Of a stretch of DNA of 64,000 bases, positions 26,125 through 36,754 are shown piece by piece. The stretch is from Nitrospirota bacterium (lineage in GTDB: Bacteria; Nitrospirota; Nitrospiria; JACQBW01): the NCBI GenBank assembly GCA_016178585.1, contig JACOTA010000018.1, forward strand, positions 34,442 through 98,441, given 5' to 3'. The notes beneath the pieces were generated by a model, which was not told the origin of the DNA, did not search any database, and saw only the letters and a program-made list of their open reading frames with translations. The number at the start of each line of letters is the position of its first letter. Within the stretch, counting starts at the first letter, position 1. The position numbers and the translations under genes are program-made.

Positions 26125-27591
26125 TATTTCCCAAACTTTAAAGAATTTAAGCAAAAGGCGAAAGAGGGGAATTTAATTCCGGTTTACAAGGAAATTCTGG
26201 CCGATTTTGAAACGCCGGTAACCGCATTCCTGAAAATTGACCGGGGGGATTATTCTTTTCTGCTGGAAAGTGTCGAGCAGGGGGAGAAAATCGGCCGGTA
26301 TACCTTTATGGGGAGCCGTCCATTTTTGGTTTTTCAGAGTAAAGGTCAAACGGTGACGATCCTCCGGGAGGGGAAAAAAGAGGTCCTTCAGAATGTGCTT
26401 GACCCTTTAAAAAAACTTCAGGAGGTCATGTCCGCGTTTAAGCCGGTTGGGATTGAAGGGGTTCCTCCCTTTCATGGCGGAGCCGTCGGATATCTCAGTT
26501 ACGACGCCGTCCGTTTCATGGAAAAAATTCCGAACCGGCTCCCGGACCCCTTAAACCTTCCCGATCTTTATTTTTTAATGACCGACACGATTCTGGTCTT
26601 TGATCATATCAATCACCGGATCAAAATTATTTCCAACGCACGGGTTGAAACCAACGTCAAAAAGGCCTATGACGCGGCGGTAAAAAAGATTGATCAGATT
26701 ATTAAAATGATCAGCTCCCCTTTGAAGGCGCCAGAAAAGCTTAAGAAGAAAAGCTCTTCGAAGCTGGTTTACGAAACCTCAAAAGCGGAGTTTTTAAAGT
26801 CGGTTCATACTGCTAAAGAACATATTAAAGCGGGGGATATTTTTCAAATTCAAATCGGCCAGAGGCTCTCGAAAACGCTTGCCGTTGATCCTTTTGATCT
26901 CTATCGCGCGCTAAGGCAGGTTAACCCATCCCCTTATATGTTTTATTTGAAATTGAAAGAATTAAAAATTGTGGGTTCTTCCCCTGAACTTTTGGTTCGC
27001 TCTGTCGATGGAAAGGTCCAGACTCGTCCCATTGCCGGCACCTATAGACGGGGTAAAAACGAAGAGGAAGATCAGCAGTTGGAAAAGAAGCTTTTGGCAG
27101 ATCCCAAAGAGAGGGCCGAGCATGTCATGCTGGTCGATTTGGGGAGAAACGACCTGGGCCGGGTTTGTGATTTTAACTCGGTTCATGTCAATGAGTTTAT
27201 GATCATTGAACGGTATTCCCATGTGATGCATCTGGTCTCCAACGTTATGGGAACTTTGAAAAAAGACCAAAACGCGTTTGATGTCTTAAAGGCCTGCTTT
27301 CCGGCCGGAACGCTTACGGGGGCTCCAAAAATCAGGGCCATGGAAATAATTGAGGAGTTGGAGAAAAGCCGGCGGGGGATTTACGGCGGGGCGGTCGGAT
27401 ATTTTTCATTCTCCGGGAATTTAGATACCGCCATTGCCATTCGAACGATGGTGGTTCATCAAAATAAAGTCTATTTTCAGGCGGCGGCCGGCATTGTGGC
27501 CGATTCGGTGCCTGAAAGTGAATACGAAGAAACGATCAATAAGATGAAAGCCTTAATGAGAGCCTTAGAGCTGGCTGAAGAAGGATTATAA
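26098..27591 (+). CDS. trpE: Anthranilate synthase component I
   Basis: NLIPVY...ETP..A; LLESVE...GRYTF; C-terminal chorismate-binding GAVGYFSFSGNLDTAIAIRTMV; the first in-frame ATG is supplied by the MITE terminus (CAATGACA), so the start is uncertain. Confidence 0.85.
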   Translation: MTTFYRCSWYFPNFKEFKQKAKEGNLIPVYKEILADFETPVTAFLKIDRGDYSFLLESVEQGEKIGRYTFMGSRPFLVFQSKGQTVTILREGKKEVLQNVLDPLKKLQEVMSAFKPVGIEGVPPFHGGAVGYLSYDAVRFMEKIPNRLPDPLNLPDLYFLMTDTILVFDHINHRIKIISNARVETNVKKAYDAAVKKIDQIIKMISSPLKAPEKLKKKSSSKLVYETSKAEFLKSVHTAKEHIKAGDIFQIQIGQRLSKTLAVDPFDLYRALRQVNPSPYMFYLKLKELKIVGSSPELLVRSVDGKVQTRPIAGTYRRGKNEEEDQQLEKKLLADPKERAEHVMLVDLGRNDLGRVCDFNSVHVNEFMIIERYSHVMHLVSNVMGTLKKDQNAFDVLKACFPAGTLTGAPKIRAMEIIEELEKSRRGIYGGAVGYFSFSGNLDTAIAIRTMVVHQNKVYFQAAAGIVADSVPESEYEETINKMKALMRALELAEEGL

Positions 27592-27756
27592 AATGAGTTC
27601 AGAGTTTCGGACTGATCTGCCGGGGGACAACCCTCTCTTCGACGCCGACAAAGTTTACCCTCGATCTCTATATTTTTACATTGTGGTAGGGTATCAAACT
27701 TCGCCGAAGTCTCCGTTCGGGCAATCCCCCGACAGATCAATACACGGTCTATAAAC

Positions 27757-28338
27757 ATGATTCTAGTCATTGATAATTACGATTCCTTTACCTATAATCT
27801 CGTTCAATATCTTGGCGAACTGGGACAGGTTATGGAAGTCCGCCGAAACGACGAAATTACCCTTGCCGGGATTGAAAAGCTGAACCCTGGGCGGATTGTC
27901 ATCTCTCCGGGACCGGGCGCGCCCAAAGATGCCGGTATCTCGATCGGCCTGATCCGGCGTTTTGCGGGAAAAATTCCAATTTTAGGGGTTTGCCTGGGAC
28001 ATCAGGCGATTGGAGAGGCTTTTGGGGGGGAGGTTGTTCGTGCGAGCCGGATGATGCATGGAAAAACATCGCCAATTCTCCATGACAACAAAACCATTTT
28101 TAAAGGACTTCCGAACCCTTTCGAAGCGACCCGCTATCATTCTCTGATTATTAAGCGGGAGACCCTTCCGGACTGTCTTGAAATATCAGCCTATACCGCT
28201 GAAGACGAAATTATGGGGGTCAGGCACAAAGAATACCTGGTTGAGGGGGTTCAGTTTCATCCGGAATCGATTCTAACCCCTCATGGAAAAAAGATTTTAG
28301 ATCATTTTATTCATCTCCATCTGGAAAAAACGAAGTGA
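27757..28338 (+). CDS. trpG: Anthranilate synthase component II (glutamine amidotransferase)
   Basis: [18 protein letters not shown]; catalytic [10 protein letters not shown]; HSLI...FHPES. Confidence 0.9.
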   Translation: MILVIDNYDSFTYNLVQYLGELGQVMEVRRNDEITLAGIEKLNPGRIVISPGPGAPKDAGISIGLIRRFAGKIPILGVCLGHQAIGEAFGGEVVRASRMMHGKTSPILHDNKTIFKGLPNPFEATRYHSLIIKRETLPDCLEISAYTAEDEIMGVRHKEYLVEGVQFHPESILTPHGKKILDHFIHLHLEKTK

Positions 28339-28345
28339 ATTTAAC

Positions 28346-29356
28346 ATGATCAAGCGATCTCTGGCCAAGCTGGTCGAGAAAACCCATCTTTCAGAGGAAG
28401 AGGCTTATTCCGTTATGAAGCTGATCATGGAAGGGGGGGCAACCGAATCTCAGATTGCCGCTTATATGACCGCCCTGCGGATGAAAGGGGAAACGGTTGC
28501 TGAAATCGTCGGTTCGGCAAAGGCGATGCGGGAAAAAGCCATACGGATTACCTCAAAAGACCGGCTGATTGTCGACACCTGCGGTACCGGCGGAGATCAA
28601 AAAGGAACCTTTAATATTTCAACCACGTCGGCTTTTGTGATTGCCGGAGCCGGTCTGACGGTGGCGAAGCATGGGAATCGTTCTGTGTCATCTTCCTGCG
28701 GGAGCGCGGATGTCTTAAAATCGCTCGGGGTTAATATCGATTTGTCCCCCGAAAAGGTGGAGACACTGGTCAATACTATTGGAATCGGTTTTCTGTTTGC
28801 CCCTCTCTATCATGAATCGATGAAGCATGCGAAAAAACCGAGACAGGAGGTCGGGATCCGAACGATCTTCAACATTCTGGGACCCTTAACCAACCCGGCC
28901 TCGGCCACGATTCAGGTGCTGGGGGTCTATCAGGCGGAGTTAACGGAGCTGGCGGCGAAAGTGTTAATCAGCCTCGGAACGGAGCATTGTTTTGTCGTTC
29001 ACGGAATGGATGGGCTCGACGAGATCACCTTAACCGATAAAACTTTAATTGCGGAGGGATATCAGGGTAAGGTAAAAACGTACACGATTGCTCCGGAAGA
29101 TTTTGGTTTTAAAAGGTGCAAATTGTCAGATTTAGAAGGAGGTTCGGCTGAACTCAACGCAAAATTTTTGCTGGAGGTTTTAAAAGGGGTCAAAGGGCCA
29201 AAAAGGGATATCGTGTTGTTAAATGCCGCCCCGGCTCTGGTGGCCGCCGGAAAAGCCGGGACCTTTCAAGAGGCGATCTCTGTGGCGGCAGAATCGATCG
29301 ACTCGGGGAAAGCGTTACAGAAATTACAAAAGCTAATAGAGTGTTCAAATCAATAA
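28346..29356 (+). CDS. trpD: Anthranilate phosphoribosyltransferase
   Basis: DTCGTGGDQKGTFNISTTSAFVIAGAG..VAKHGNRS. Confidence 0.9.
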   Translation: MIKRSLAKLVEKTHLSEEEAYSVMKLIMEGGATESQIAAYMTALRMKGETVAEIVGSAKAMREKAIRITSKDRLIVDTCGTGGDQKGTFNISTTSAFVIAGAGLTVAKHGNRSVSSSCGSADVLKSLGVNIDLSPEKVETLVNTIGIGFLFAPLYHESMKHAKKPRQEVGIRTIFNILGPLTNPASATIQVLGVYQAELTELAAKVLISLGTEHCFVVHGMDGLDEITLTDKTLIAEGYQGKVKTYTIAPEDFGFKRCKLSDLEGGSAELNAKFLLEVLKGVKGPKRDIVLLNAAPALVAAGKAGTFQEAISVAAESIDSGKALQKLQKLIECSNQ

Positions 29357-29378
29357 TACAAATATGCCGTCCCTTTTT

Positions 29379-29484
29379 GTAGGGGCAGGCCCCCGTGCCT
29401 GCCCTGATTTAAAAAACATTTTTTGGTTCTCAACCTGGTGTTTTGTCAGGATTTTCTGGGCAGGCACGGGGACGTGCCCCTACA
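29379..29484. repeat. Inverted REP pair (REPIN-like doublet) between trpD and trpC
   Basis: TGTAGGGGCAGGCCCCCGTGCCTGCCCTG at 29379-29406 and GGGCAGGCACGGGGACGTGCCCCTACA at 29458-29484. Confidence 0.85.
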
Positions 29485-29508
29485 ATTGTTTACATTGATT
29501 AGGAAACG

Positions 29509-30351
29509 ATGTTTTTAAAAGAAATTGTTGACCGCAAAAAAGATGAGGTCAGAGCTAAAAAAAACAAAAAGTATCTGTCCGAGATGATTTCAAAAACTTC
29601 GCAAATGAAAAATAGATCGGCAGGGGCGTTAAAACTCTCGCCGGCTAGTTCGTTTCAGGAGACGTTATCCCGAACCGATTTTTTCCCTACTCAGACGCGA
29701 CTTCATTTAATTGCTGAAATTAAGAAAGCCTCTCCTTCAAAAGGGGTTATCCGGGAAGATTTTAACCCGGTGGAAATCGGCCAAATTTACGAAGCCTCCG
29801 GAGCTTCCGCCATTTCTGTTTTAACCGAGGAATGTTTTTTCATGGGGAGCCTCTCCATTTTAGAAGAGGTTCGGAAAAAAGTGAGCCTCCCCTTATTAAG
29901 AAAAGACTTTATCATTGACGAAATTCAGCTTATGGAATCAAGGGCTTACGGAGCGGATGCTGTTCTTTTTATTGCGGCGATTCTCGATCCCAATCAGATG
30001 ATTGAATATTTTCATCAGGCTCAGGAGATCGGGCTTGATGTTTTGACGGAAGTTCATTCCGAAAAAGAGCTTGAAAAGGTGATTGAATGGGCCCCGATCA
30101 TTGGAATTAATAATCGGGATTTGGGGACCTTTGAGGTCGATCTCAAGACGACGCGCCGGTTGAGAAGGTATATTCCTTCCAATCGAGTGATCGTGAGTGA
30201 AAGCGGGTTCAGCCGGAAAGAAGATTTATCCCCTCTCATTGAAGAGGGGATAAACGCGGTTTTAATCGGGGAGGCGTTTATGAAGGAGAAAGATATTCAG
30301 GCTTCTGTTCAAAAGCTCTTTTCGAAACTTTCTACGACTGAGGGGAAATAG
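29509..30351 (+). CDS. trpC: Indole-3-glycerol-phosphate synthase
   Basis: IAEIKKASPSKG; GADAVL; VLTEVH; IGINNRDL. Confidence 0.9.
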   Translation: MFLKEIVDRKKDEVRAKKNKKYLSEMISKTSQMKNRSAGALKLSPASSFQETLSRTDFFPTQTRLHLIAEIKKASPSKGVIREDFNPVEIGQIYEASGASAISVLTEECFFMGSLSILEEVRKKVSLPLLRKDFIIDEIQLMESRAYGADAVLFIAAILDPNQMIEYFHQAQEIGLDVLTEVHSEKELEKVIEWAPIIGINNRDLGTFEVDLKTTRRLRRYIPSNRVIVSESGFSRKEDLSPLIEEGINAVLIGEAFMKEKDIQASVQKLFSKLSTTEGK

Positions 30352-30368
30352 ACGTATCCTAAGTTCTG

Positions 30369-30440
30369 TTGTCATTGCGAGGAGGCATTTCCGACGAAGC
30401 AATCTACGGAAGAGATTGCTTCGCTATGCTCGCAATGACA
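30369..30440. mobile_element. MITE family A element between trpC and trpF
   Basis: TGTCATTGCGAGGAGGCATTTCCGACGAAGCAATCTACGGAAGAGATTGCTTCGCTATGCTCGCAATGACA. Confidence 0.85.
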
Positions 30441-30455
30441 AGATTGGATCGAAAT

Positions 30456-31070
30456 ATGGTTAGAGTTAAAATATGCGGTATGACCAGCCTGGCGGACGCC
30501 CAAACGGCGGTTTTATATGGAGCCGATGCGCTCGGCTTCATTTTTTATCAAAAGAGCCCGAGGGGTGTGTCGGTTCAGAAAGTAAAGGAAATCATTCAGG
30601 CCCTTCCTCCCTTTGTGCTGACCGTTGGGGTTTTTGTAAATGAAACCGCAGAGACGATCCGTGAAACGGTGCGGCAATGCGGGTTGTCCCTGGTTCAGCT
30701 TCACGGGGATGAATCACCTGAGTTTTGCGGCAAGCTGGATCTCAGGATCATTAAAGCCATCCGGGTTTCCCGGCTTGAAGATTTAAAACGGATAGAGGAA
30801 TATGACGTACAGGGCATCCTTTTGGATGCCTATCATCCCGATTTTTACGGGGGGACCGGGAGGACGATGGATTGGAAAGTTTTGCAGGGTATCGGGAAAG
30901 AAAAACCGATCATTTTATCCGGCGGACTGACCCCTGAAAATGTCCGGCAGGCGATTCAGACCGTTTCTCCTTACGGCCTGGATGTCTGCACCGGAGTTGA
31001 AGAAAAGCCGGGCAAAAAAGACCCGGAAAAAATTCGCCTGTTTATCAAAAAGGCAAAGGAAAAGGAATGA
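30456..31070 (+). CDS. trpF: Phosphoribosylanthranilate isomerase
   Basis: [10 protein letters not shown]; GADALGFIF; VQLHGDES; start trimmed to clear the MITE. Confidence 0.85.
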   Translation: MVRVKICGMTSLADAQTAVLYGADALGFIFYQKSPRGVSVQKVKEIIQALPPFVLTVGVFVNETAETIRETVRQCGLSLVQLHGDESPEFCGKLDLRIIKAIRVSRLEDLKRIEEYDVQGILLDAYHPDFYGGTGRTMDWKVLQGIGKEKPIILSGGLTPENVRQAIQTVSPYGLDVCTGVEEKPGKKDPEKIRLFIKKAKEKE

Positions 31071-32263
31071 CGCTCCCGGATTCAAAGGGCTATTTTGGAA
31101 ATTATGGCGGCAGGTTTGTGCCTGAAACGTTAATGCCGGCCCTTGAAGAGCTGGACAAGGCCTACCGGATTGCCAAAAAAGATCGGCTCTTTCAAAAGGA
31201 AGTGAACCATTATCTGCGCCACTATGTGGGGCGTCCGACCCCTCTTTATTATGCACAACGGCTGAGCGAGGTTCTGGGTGGGGCGAAAATCTATTTAAAA
31301 CGGGAAGACCTCTGTCATACCGGAGCGCACAAGATCAACAACACCATCGGGCAGATTCTCCTGGCCAGAAAAATGGGGAAAAAAAGAATTATAGCCGAAA
31401 CGGGCGCCGGCCAGCATGGCGTCGCGACCGCCACGGTTTCAGCCCTGATGGGGTTGGAATGCGAAATTTACATGGGTGTGGAAGATATGGAACGGCAGTC
31501 TCTCAATGTCTTCCGGATGAACTTAACAGGAGCCAAAGTCGTGCCGGTCCGGATGGGGAGTAAAACTTTAAAAGACGCCATTAGCGAGGCGATGCGGGAC
31601 TGGACGACGAATGTCCGGACAACCCATTATGTCCTGGGTTCTGTGTTGGGGGCTCATCCCTATCCCATGATGATCAGAGATTTTCAATCGGTCATTGGAA
31701 AAGAGGCCAGAAAGCAGATTTTAAAAATGGAAGGGAGGTTTCCAGACTATTTAATCGCCTGTGTCGGGGGAGGGAGCAATTCCATTGGCCTTTTTTACCC
31801 TTTTATCAAAGAAAAAACGGTTAAGATGGTTGGCGTTGAAGCCGGCGGAACAGGGATTTCTGAGGGACATCACGCGGCCCGGTTTTCTGGAGGGGAAATC
31901 GGCGTGCTTCAGGGAACGAAGACCTACCTCCTTCAGGATCAAAACGGGCAGATCCAATTGACCCATTCGGTCTCAGCCGGTCTCGATTACGCGGCGGTTG
32001 GACCCGAACATAGTTTTTACCGTGATTTAAAACGGATCGAATATACCTATGTAAAAGATCATGAAGCCCTTGAGGCATTTGATTTATTAAGCCGTACGGA
32101 AGGGATTATCCCGGCGCTCGAGAGCGCCCACGCCATTGCCTGCGCGGTCAGGCTGGCTCCGAAACTTTCCAGAAAAAAGGTGATGATGGTCAACCTTTCA
32201 GGGCGGGGGGATAAGGATGTCATGCACGTGGCAAAAATGAGAGGAATTTCCCTGGATCTATGA
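31067..32263 (+). CDS. trpB: Tryptophan synthase beta chain
   Basis: HTGAHKINN (PLP lysine); [10 protein letters not shown]; [10 protein letters not shown]. Confidence 0.95.
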   Translation: MTLPDSKGYFGNYGGRFVPETLMPALEELDKAYRIAKKDRLFQKEVNHYLRHYVGRPTPLYYAQRLSEVLGGAKIYLKREDLCHTGAHKINNTIGQILLARKMGKKRIIAETGAGQHGVATATVSALMGLECEIYMGVEDMERQSLNVFRMNLTGAKVVPVRMGSKTLKDAISEAMRDWTTNVRTTHYVLGSVLGAHPYPMMIRDFQSVIGKEARKQILKMEGRFPDYLIACVGGGSNSIGLFYPFIKEKTVKMVGVEAGGTGISEGHHAARFSGGEIGVLQGTKTYLLQDQNGQIQLTHSVSAGLDYAAVGPEHSFYRDLKRIEYTYVKDHEALEAFDLLSRTEGIIPALESAHAIACAVRLAPKLSRKKVMMVNLSGRGDKDVMHVAKMRGISLDL

Positions 32264-33069
32264 CACTTTTAACTGAAAACCGGATTGATCGTACTTTTCA
32301 ACGGTTAAGAAATAAGAAAGAAAAAGCGTTGATACCCTATATCATGGCAGGAGATCCTTCGCTGGAAATGACCGAAAAGTTCGTTTTGGCGCTTGAAACG
32401 GGGGGGGCCGACCTGGTCGAAATCGGGGTTCCTTTTACCGATCCCCTGGCGGATGGGCCTGTCATTCAAAAGGCCGCGGGCCGTGGTTTAAAAAATAAAA
32501 CAACCCTCAGCGGTATCTTTCAAACGGTAAAGCGGTTAAGGGAGCAAACCGAAATTCCAATTATTTTAATGAGTTATTATAATCCGATTTTCCGGTACGG
32601 TGAAGAAAGATTTTTGGCGCACGCGAGACAGAGCGGGGTTGATGGGGTGATTATCCCGGACCTCCCCGCGGGAGAATCGCATTCATGGGAGAGTTTCGCG
32701 AAAAAGGAAAACATCAAAACTATTTTTCTTTTAGCCCCGACAAGTTCTGAAAGCCGGATTAAAAAAGTCGCCGGGGCTTCTTCCGGGTTTATTTATTATG
32801 TCGCCCTGACAGGAATTACCGGAGCGAAGCTCACGATCGGCAAAGAGATCGAAAAAAGGATAAAAAAAATCCGAAAGCATTCCTCCCTTCCTGTCGCCGT
32901 TGGATTTGGCATTTCAAACCCCAGGGAGGCCCGCGAAATTTCCCGAAACGCCGATGGAATTATCGTCGGCTCGGCGATTGTTAAAAGGATTGAAGAGGAT
33001 ACCCACCCATCGGTCTGCTCCTCACTGACAAACTTTATCCGATCCTTAAAGAAGTCTCTCCTCAAATAA
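32260..33069 (+). CDS. trpA: Tryptophan synthase alpha chain
   Basis: [11 protein letters not shown]; [19 protein letters not shown]; GFIYYV..TGITG. Confidence 0.9.
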   Translation: MTLLTENRIDRTFQRLRNKKEKALIPYIMAGDPSLEMTEKFVLALETGGADLVEIGVPFTDPLADGPVIQKAAGRGLKNKTTLSGIFQTVKRLREQTEIPIILMSYYNPIFRYGEERFLAHARQSGVDGVIIPDLPAGESHSWESFAKKENIKTIFLLAPTSSESRIKKVAGASSGFIYYVALTGITGAKLTIGKEIEKRIKKIRKHSSLPVAVGFGISNPREAREISRNADGIIVGSAIVKRIEEDTHPSVCSSLTNFIRSLKKSLLK

Positions 33070-33112
33070 AAAAGAAAAAAACTGAAATTTACCTTTCAAT
33101 AGCCAGGTATCT

Positions 33113-33312
33113 CCCAAGACCAGCGATAGACTTCGCACTCACTTATTAATCATGTCATTGCGAGCACCGAACGGTGCGTGGCAATCTTATCGTAAAGTCT
33201 TGAGATTGCTTCACTTTGTTCGCAATGACAGCTTTCTAACTCTGTTCTTGGGTATCTCTCAAGAGAGATAAAAAGTGTCATTGCGAGCCGAAGGCGAAAC
33301 AGTCTCATAACA
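33113..33312. mobile_element. Complete MITE (TIRs CCCAAGACCAGCGATAG ... CTAACTCTGTTCTTGGG) abutting a 5' fragment of a second element
   Basis: The junction creates TATCTCTCAAGAGAGATA near-palindrome at 33252-33269. Confidence 0.8.
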
Positions 33313-33319
33313 CCTGATT

Positions 33320-36148
33320 TTATCCGGTATTCCGCATGCCCGTCGCAATGCAATTAATCGACAATAAAATCGCGTGGGTTAATTTTTCTTTTTCGACATG
33401 GGGACTCCCGGACCGAAGGAGTCTGATCAGCCTCACCTGAAGATAGTGGATGGGGTCGATGAAAGGATTTCTCAATTGAATGGAGTGCTGAAGCGCCGGG
33501 TCGTTGTCAAGAATGGACTGACTTTGGGTAATGGCCAGAATGACCCTGATCAGGCTCTCATACTCTTCGGTGAGTTTTTTAAAAATGGCGTCCCGGATGG
33601 AATCGTCAGTGACCAGGCTGGAATAAAGCCTGGCAATATGCATGTCCGTTTTGGCCAGCGTCATCTGGACATTATCGATGAGGTTGGAAAAAAAAGGCCA
33701 ACTCTGGTACATCTCTATCAATAATTCGGTGTTTTCTTTTTTATTTTTCTGAATAAACGCCGCCAGCGCCGATCCAATCGGGTACCAGGCCTGAATCAGG
33801 TGCCGGCTCTGCGTCCAGCTGAACACCCAGGGGATCGCCCGGAGGTCTTCTATCCGATGGCCCTTTCGCCGATAGGAGGGTCTTGACCCGATATTTAAGA
33901 GGCCGATTTCGTTAATCGGAGTCCCCTCGGTGAAATATTGAACCAGGGCCGGACTTTCCACCAGTTCCCGGTACCGGTGATAGGCGATCTCCGAGATGAG
34001 ATTAAAGGCCTTTTCATAAACCCTTTCCCGGGTTTGCTTTCGCCTGGACTTTAAGCTGGCCGTTATGACCCCCGCGGCCAGGAGTCCAAGGTGATGAAGC
34101 GCGGTGCCCCGATTGGCATATTTGGAGGAGATGACCTCGCCCTGTTCGGTTATTTTTGCCTGACCGTTCACGGTTCCTTCCGGCTGAGCTAAAATGGCCT
34201 TATGGGTAGGCCCCCCCCCTCTTGCGACGGTTCCCCCCCTCCCGTGAAAGAGCCTTAATTTGATTTTATATTTCCCGGACAGGGCGGTTAATTTTTTCTG
34301 GGTGAGGTAAAGCTCCCACGCGGAGGTTAAAATTCCGCCGTCTTTACTGCTGTCCGAATACCCCAGCATGATTTCCTGAATATGATGTCTCCCTTTTAAG
34401 TAAATTTTGTACGAAGGGTGCTGATAAGCCTCTTCCATAATCGAAACCGATTTTTTCAAGTCGTCAATGGTTTCAAAGAGCGGAACAATGTCTATTCGCG
34501 CCATCGGAAAATCCTGATCCCAGTTGCCGTATAATCCCGCCTCTTTGCAAAAGACCTGAACAATCAGAAGATCGCTCAGAGAAGAGGTCATGCTGGTAAT
34601 ATAACTTCCAATGGCTTCCGGCCCCAGCGTCGCCTGCGCTTTATTAATGAGATGAAACATATTCAAGACTTCTTCCGTCTCTCTTGAAAAGGTCATCCCC
34701 GCGGGAATCAAGGGGCGGACGGTTAACAACTCCTGGGAAAGAAGCGAGACCTTTTCCGTTTCAGGCAGGGTTTCAAAGGAGGGATGAAGCCGGGTTTTTA
34801 ACAAAACTTCGTGAAGCGCCTTTCGATGCTGGTCTGCTTCCTGGCGAATATCGAGATTGGCCAAATGAAATCCAAAGACCTGCACCTGGCGCATAAAGGG
34901 TTCGACCAGGCGGGTTGAAATAATTTCCCCCTTATTTTCCCGCAATGATTTTCGAAGGATCTCCAGATCGCCTAAAAGAGTTTGAGGGTTAAAATACCCC
35001 TTGAAGTTCGAAAGTTTTTCTTCGTCGAGAGGCTTTCCCTCCAAAAACCAGCGGTTATATTTTTGGGTTTCCTCCAGTTTTAATTTAATAAAAGTTAATT
35101 TTTGACGGTAGGGCTCATGGACATTCCGGTAATGCAGCGCTTCCGAAGAGATTCCGAAAAGAATTTTATCCTCTTCGAAACTTTTCGCGAGTTCCGGGGA
35201 GATCGGCACCAGATGTTTTGATTGGCTGACGCTTTCAATTAAGGCTTGGATCGACTGGAGATAAAGGGAAAGGATGAAATCTTTGTGGGTTCTTAACGTC
35301 CATTCCGTAATCTTCGACGTCACTTTAGGGTTTCCGTCCCGGTCTCCGCCGACCCAGGATCCGAATTTCAGAAAAGGAGGGATTTCAGGAAACGGGGTGG
35401 AAGGGGCAGGGGAAAATCCTTTTTTAAGATAATATTCGACTTCCTGATAAAATTGAGGAATGATCGTAAAAAAGGATTCTTTAAAATAAAAAAGAATTCC
35501 TTTGACCTCTTCATAAACCGTCGGACGCTCAAGAAAAATATCGCCGGTCTGCCAGAGGAGGGTGATTTCGGTCACGATTTCTTTTTCTAAAATTTCAAGC
35601 TCTCTCGGCGTCCAGATCGGGTTCAGTTTTTTTAAGATTAAAAGGTATATTTTCCTGTATTTTTCGAGAATCGTCTGACGCTTGGCTTCGGTTGGATGAG
35701 CGGTCATGACCGGTTCGATCCACATTTGGTTAAAAAGCTTTAAAAAGGCGGAATAGAGATGACTTTCACGGCCTAAAAGGGCGAAACTTTCCTCCAGGGG
35801 ATGGGGTTTGTATTGGGCGTCATTTCGATGCTGGTCTCGTCTTGCCTGCATGGCGAAATTTTCTTCCGCAACGTTCAACAGGTGGAACGAAATGTCAAAG
35901 GCGCGAATGACCTTCGCGGCCTCTGTCAAATCGAGTTCCTCGATCATCTGGATCAGTTTTTTTTCCTTCGGGGCCTCATACTTTAACCGGAGTTCCTTGC
36001 ACAGCTTTCTAAATTGTTCGATTTGGCGCAGAAGGTCTTTTCCCTCTTGCTGTTCGATGACCTGAGACAGCAGATTTTCAAGGTAATCAATATCCTTTTG
36101 AAGCCGTGTATCCATCAAAAAAGAATTTTTATCTGGCGCTTTCATCAT
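33320..36148 (-). CDS. ppc: Phosphoenolpyruvate carboxylase
   Basis: VPLFETIDDL; GYSDSSKDGG; FHGRGGTVARGGGP; canonical C-terminus ...MRNTG. Confidence 0.9.
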   Translation of the reverse strand: MMKAPDKNSFLMDTRLQKDIDYLENLLSQVIEQQEGKDLLRQIEQFRKLCKELRLKYEAPKEKKLIQMIEELDLTEAAKVIRAFDISFHLLNVAEENFAMQARRDQHRNDAQYKPHPLEESFALLGRESHLYSAFLKLFNQMWIEPVMTAHPTEAKRQTILEKYRKIYLLILKKLNPIWTPRELEILEKEIVTEITLLWQTGDIFLERPTVYEEVKGILFYFKESFFTIIPQFYQEVEYYLKKGFSPAPSTPFPEIPPFLKFGSWVGGDRDGNPKVTSKITEWTLRTHKDFILSLYLQSIQALIESVSQSKHLVPISPELAKSFEEDKILFGISSEALHYRNVHEPYRQKLTFIKLKLEETQKYNRWFLEGKPLDEEKLSNFKGYFNPQTLLGDLEILRKSLRENKGEIISTRLVEPFMRQVQVFGFHLANLDIRQEADQHRKALHEVLLKTRLHPSFETLPETEKVSLLSQELLTVRPLIPAGMTFSRETEEVLNMFHLINKAQATLGPEAIGSYITSMTSSLSDLLIVQVFCKEAGLYGNWDQDFPMARIDIVPLFETIDDLKKSVSIMEEAYQHPSYKIYLKGRHHIQEIMLGYSDSSKDGGILTSAWELYLTQKKLTALSGKYKIKLRLFHGRGGTVARGGGPTHKAILAQPEGTVNGQAKITEQGEVISSKYANRGTALHHLGLLAAGVITASLKSRRKQTRERVYEKAFNLISEIAYHRYRELVESPALVQYFTEGTPINEIGLLNIGSRPSYRRKGHRIEDLRAIPWVFSWTQSRHLIQAWYPIGSALAAFIQKNKKENTELLIEMYQSWPFFSNLIDNVQMTLAKTDMHIARLYSSLVTDDSIRDAIFKKLTEEYESLIRVILAITQSQSILDNDPALQHSIQLRNPFIDPIHYLQVRLIRLLRSGSPHVEKEKLTHAILLSINCIATGMRNTG

Positions 36149-36194
36149 GTCGTATTATAAGGGATTTTGGCGGATTGAGCAACATCAGATCAAC

Positions 36195-36250
36195 GTGTAG
36201 GGGCAACCCCCTGTGGTTGCCCAGGACAGGCACGGGGGCCTGCCCCTACA
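36195..36250. repeat. Composite REP doublet (variant GTAGGGGCAACCCCCTGTGGTTGCCC + AGGACAGGCACGGGGGCCTGCCCCTACA)
   Basis: Same composite at 46642-46696. Confidence 0.8.
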
Positions 36251-36328
36251 GTTGATAAACTATCATCTTATGGTACACTTTATCAAAGTACCTAAATCCC
36301 GATATTTTTTAAGTTATAGGAGTTTAAA

Positions 36329-36754
36329 ATGGAATTTCAGGGGGACAAAACGATTCTTTTAACCGGGGCAAAACAACCTGACGAAAATCAGGTCATTTGG
36401 TCAAAAGCCGATGTTGTCCGGGCCCTTTCAGGAAAAATAAAAATCATCCCGCCCGAAAAGGTCTATTCCTTTAAGATCGTGGAAGGCGCGGACAGGGGAA
36501 AGGTTTATCCCCTGGAGGAGAAAAACAGGTTTAGTCTGGGACGAAGCGGGGCCGATATTATTCTGAAAGACCCGCGGGTCTCAAAAACCCATTGCGTGGT
36601 GGAATTCTACGACGAAATCGTTGTCATCAAAGATATGAACAGCACCAACGGGAGTTTGCTCAATCAGTTTGTTCTGGCCGAAGATTTTTTAAAAAATGGC
36701 GATAAACTTCGGATTGGAAACACGGTTTTGGAATTTCAAATCAGGGCATCATGA
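36329..36754 (+). CDS. FHA-domain protein (141 aa)
   Basis: FSLGRSGADIILKDPRVSKTHCVVEF...IKDMNSTNGSLLN. Confidence 0.8.
   Translation: MEFQGDKTILLTGAKQPDENQVIWSKADVVRALSGKIKIIPPEKVYSFKIVEGADRGKVYPLEEKNRFSLGRSGADIILKDPRVSKTHCVVEFYDEIVVIKDMNSTNGSLLNQFVLAEDFLKNGDKLRIGNTVLEFQIRAS

Noticed and set aside
33398-33724. 108-aa plus-strand ORF and other short ORFs inside ppc
   Set aside because: They are antisense to a well-supported PEP carboxylase gene.
36195-36250. Possible small structured ncRNA in the ppc/FHA divergent region
   Set aside because: The sequence is explained as a composite of two REP half-copies, identical to the one at 46642.
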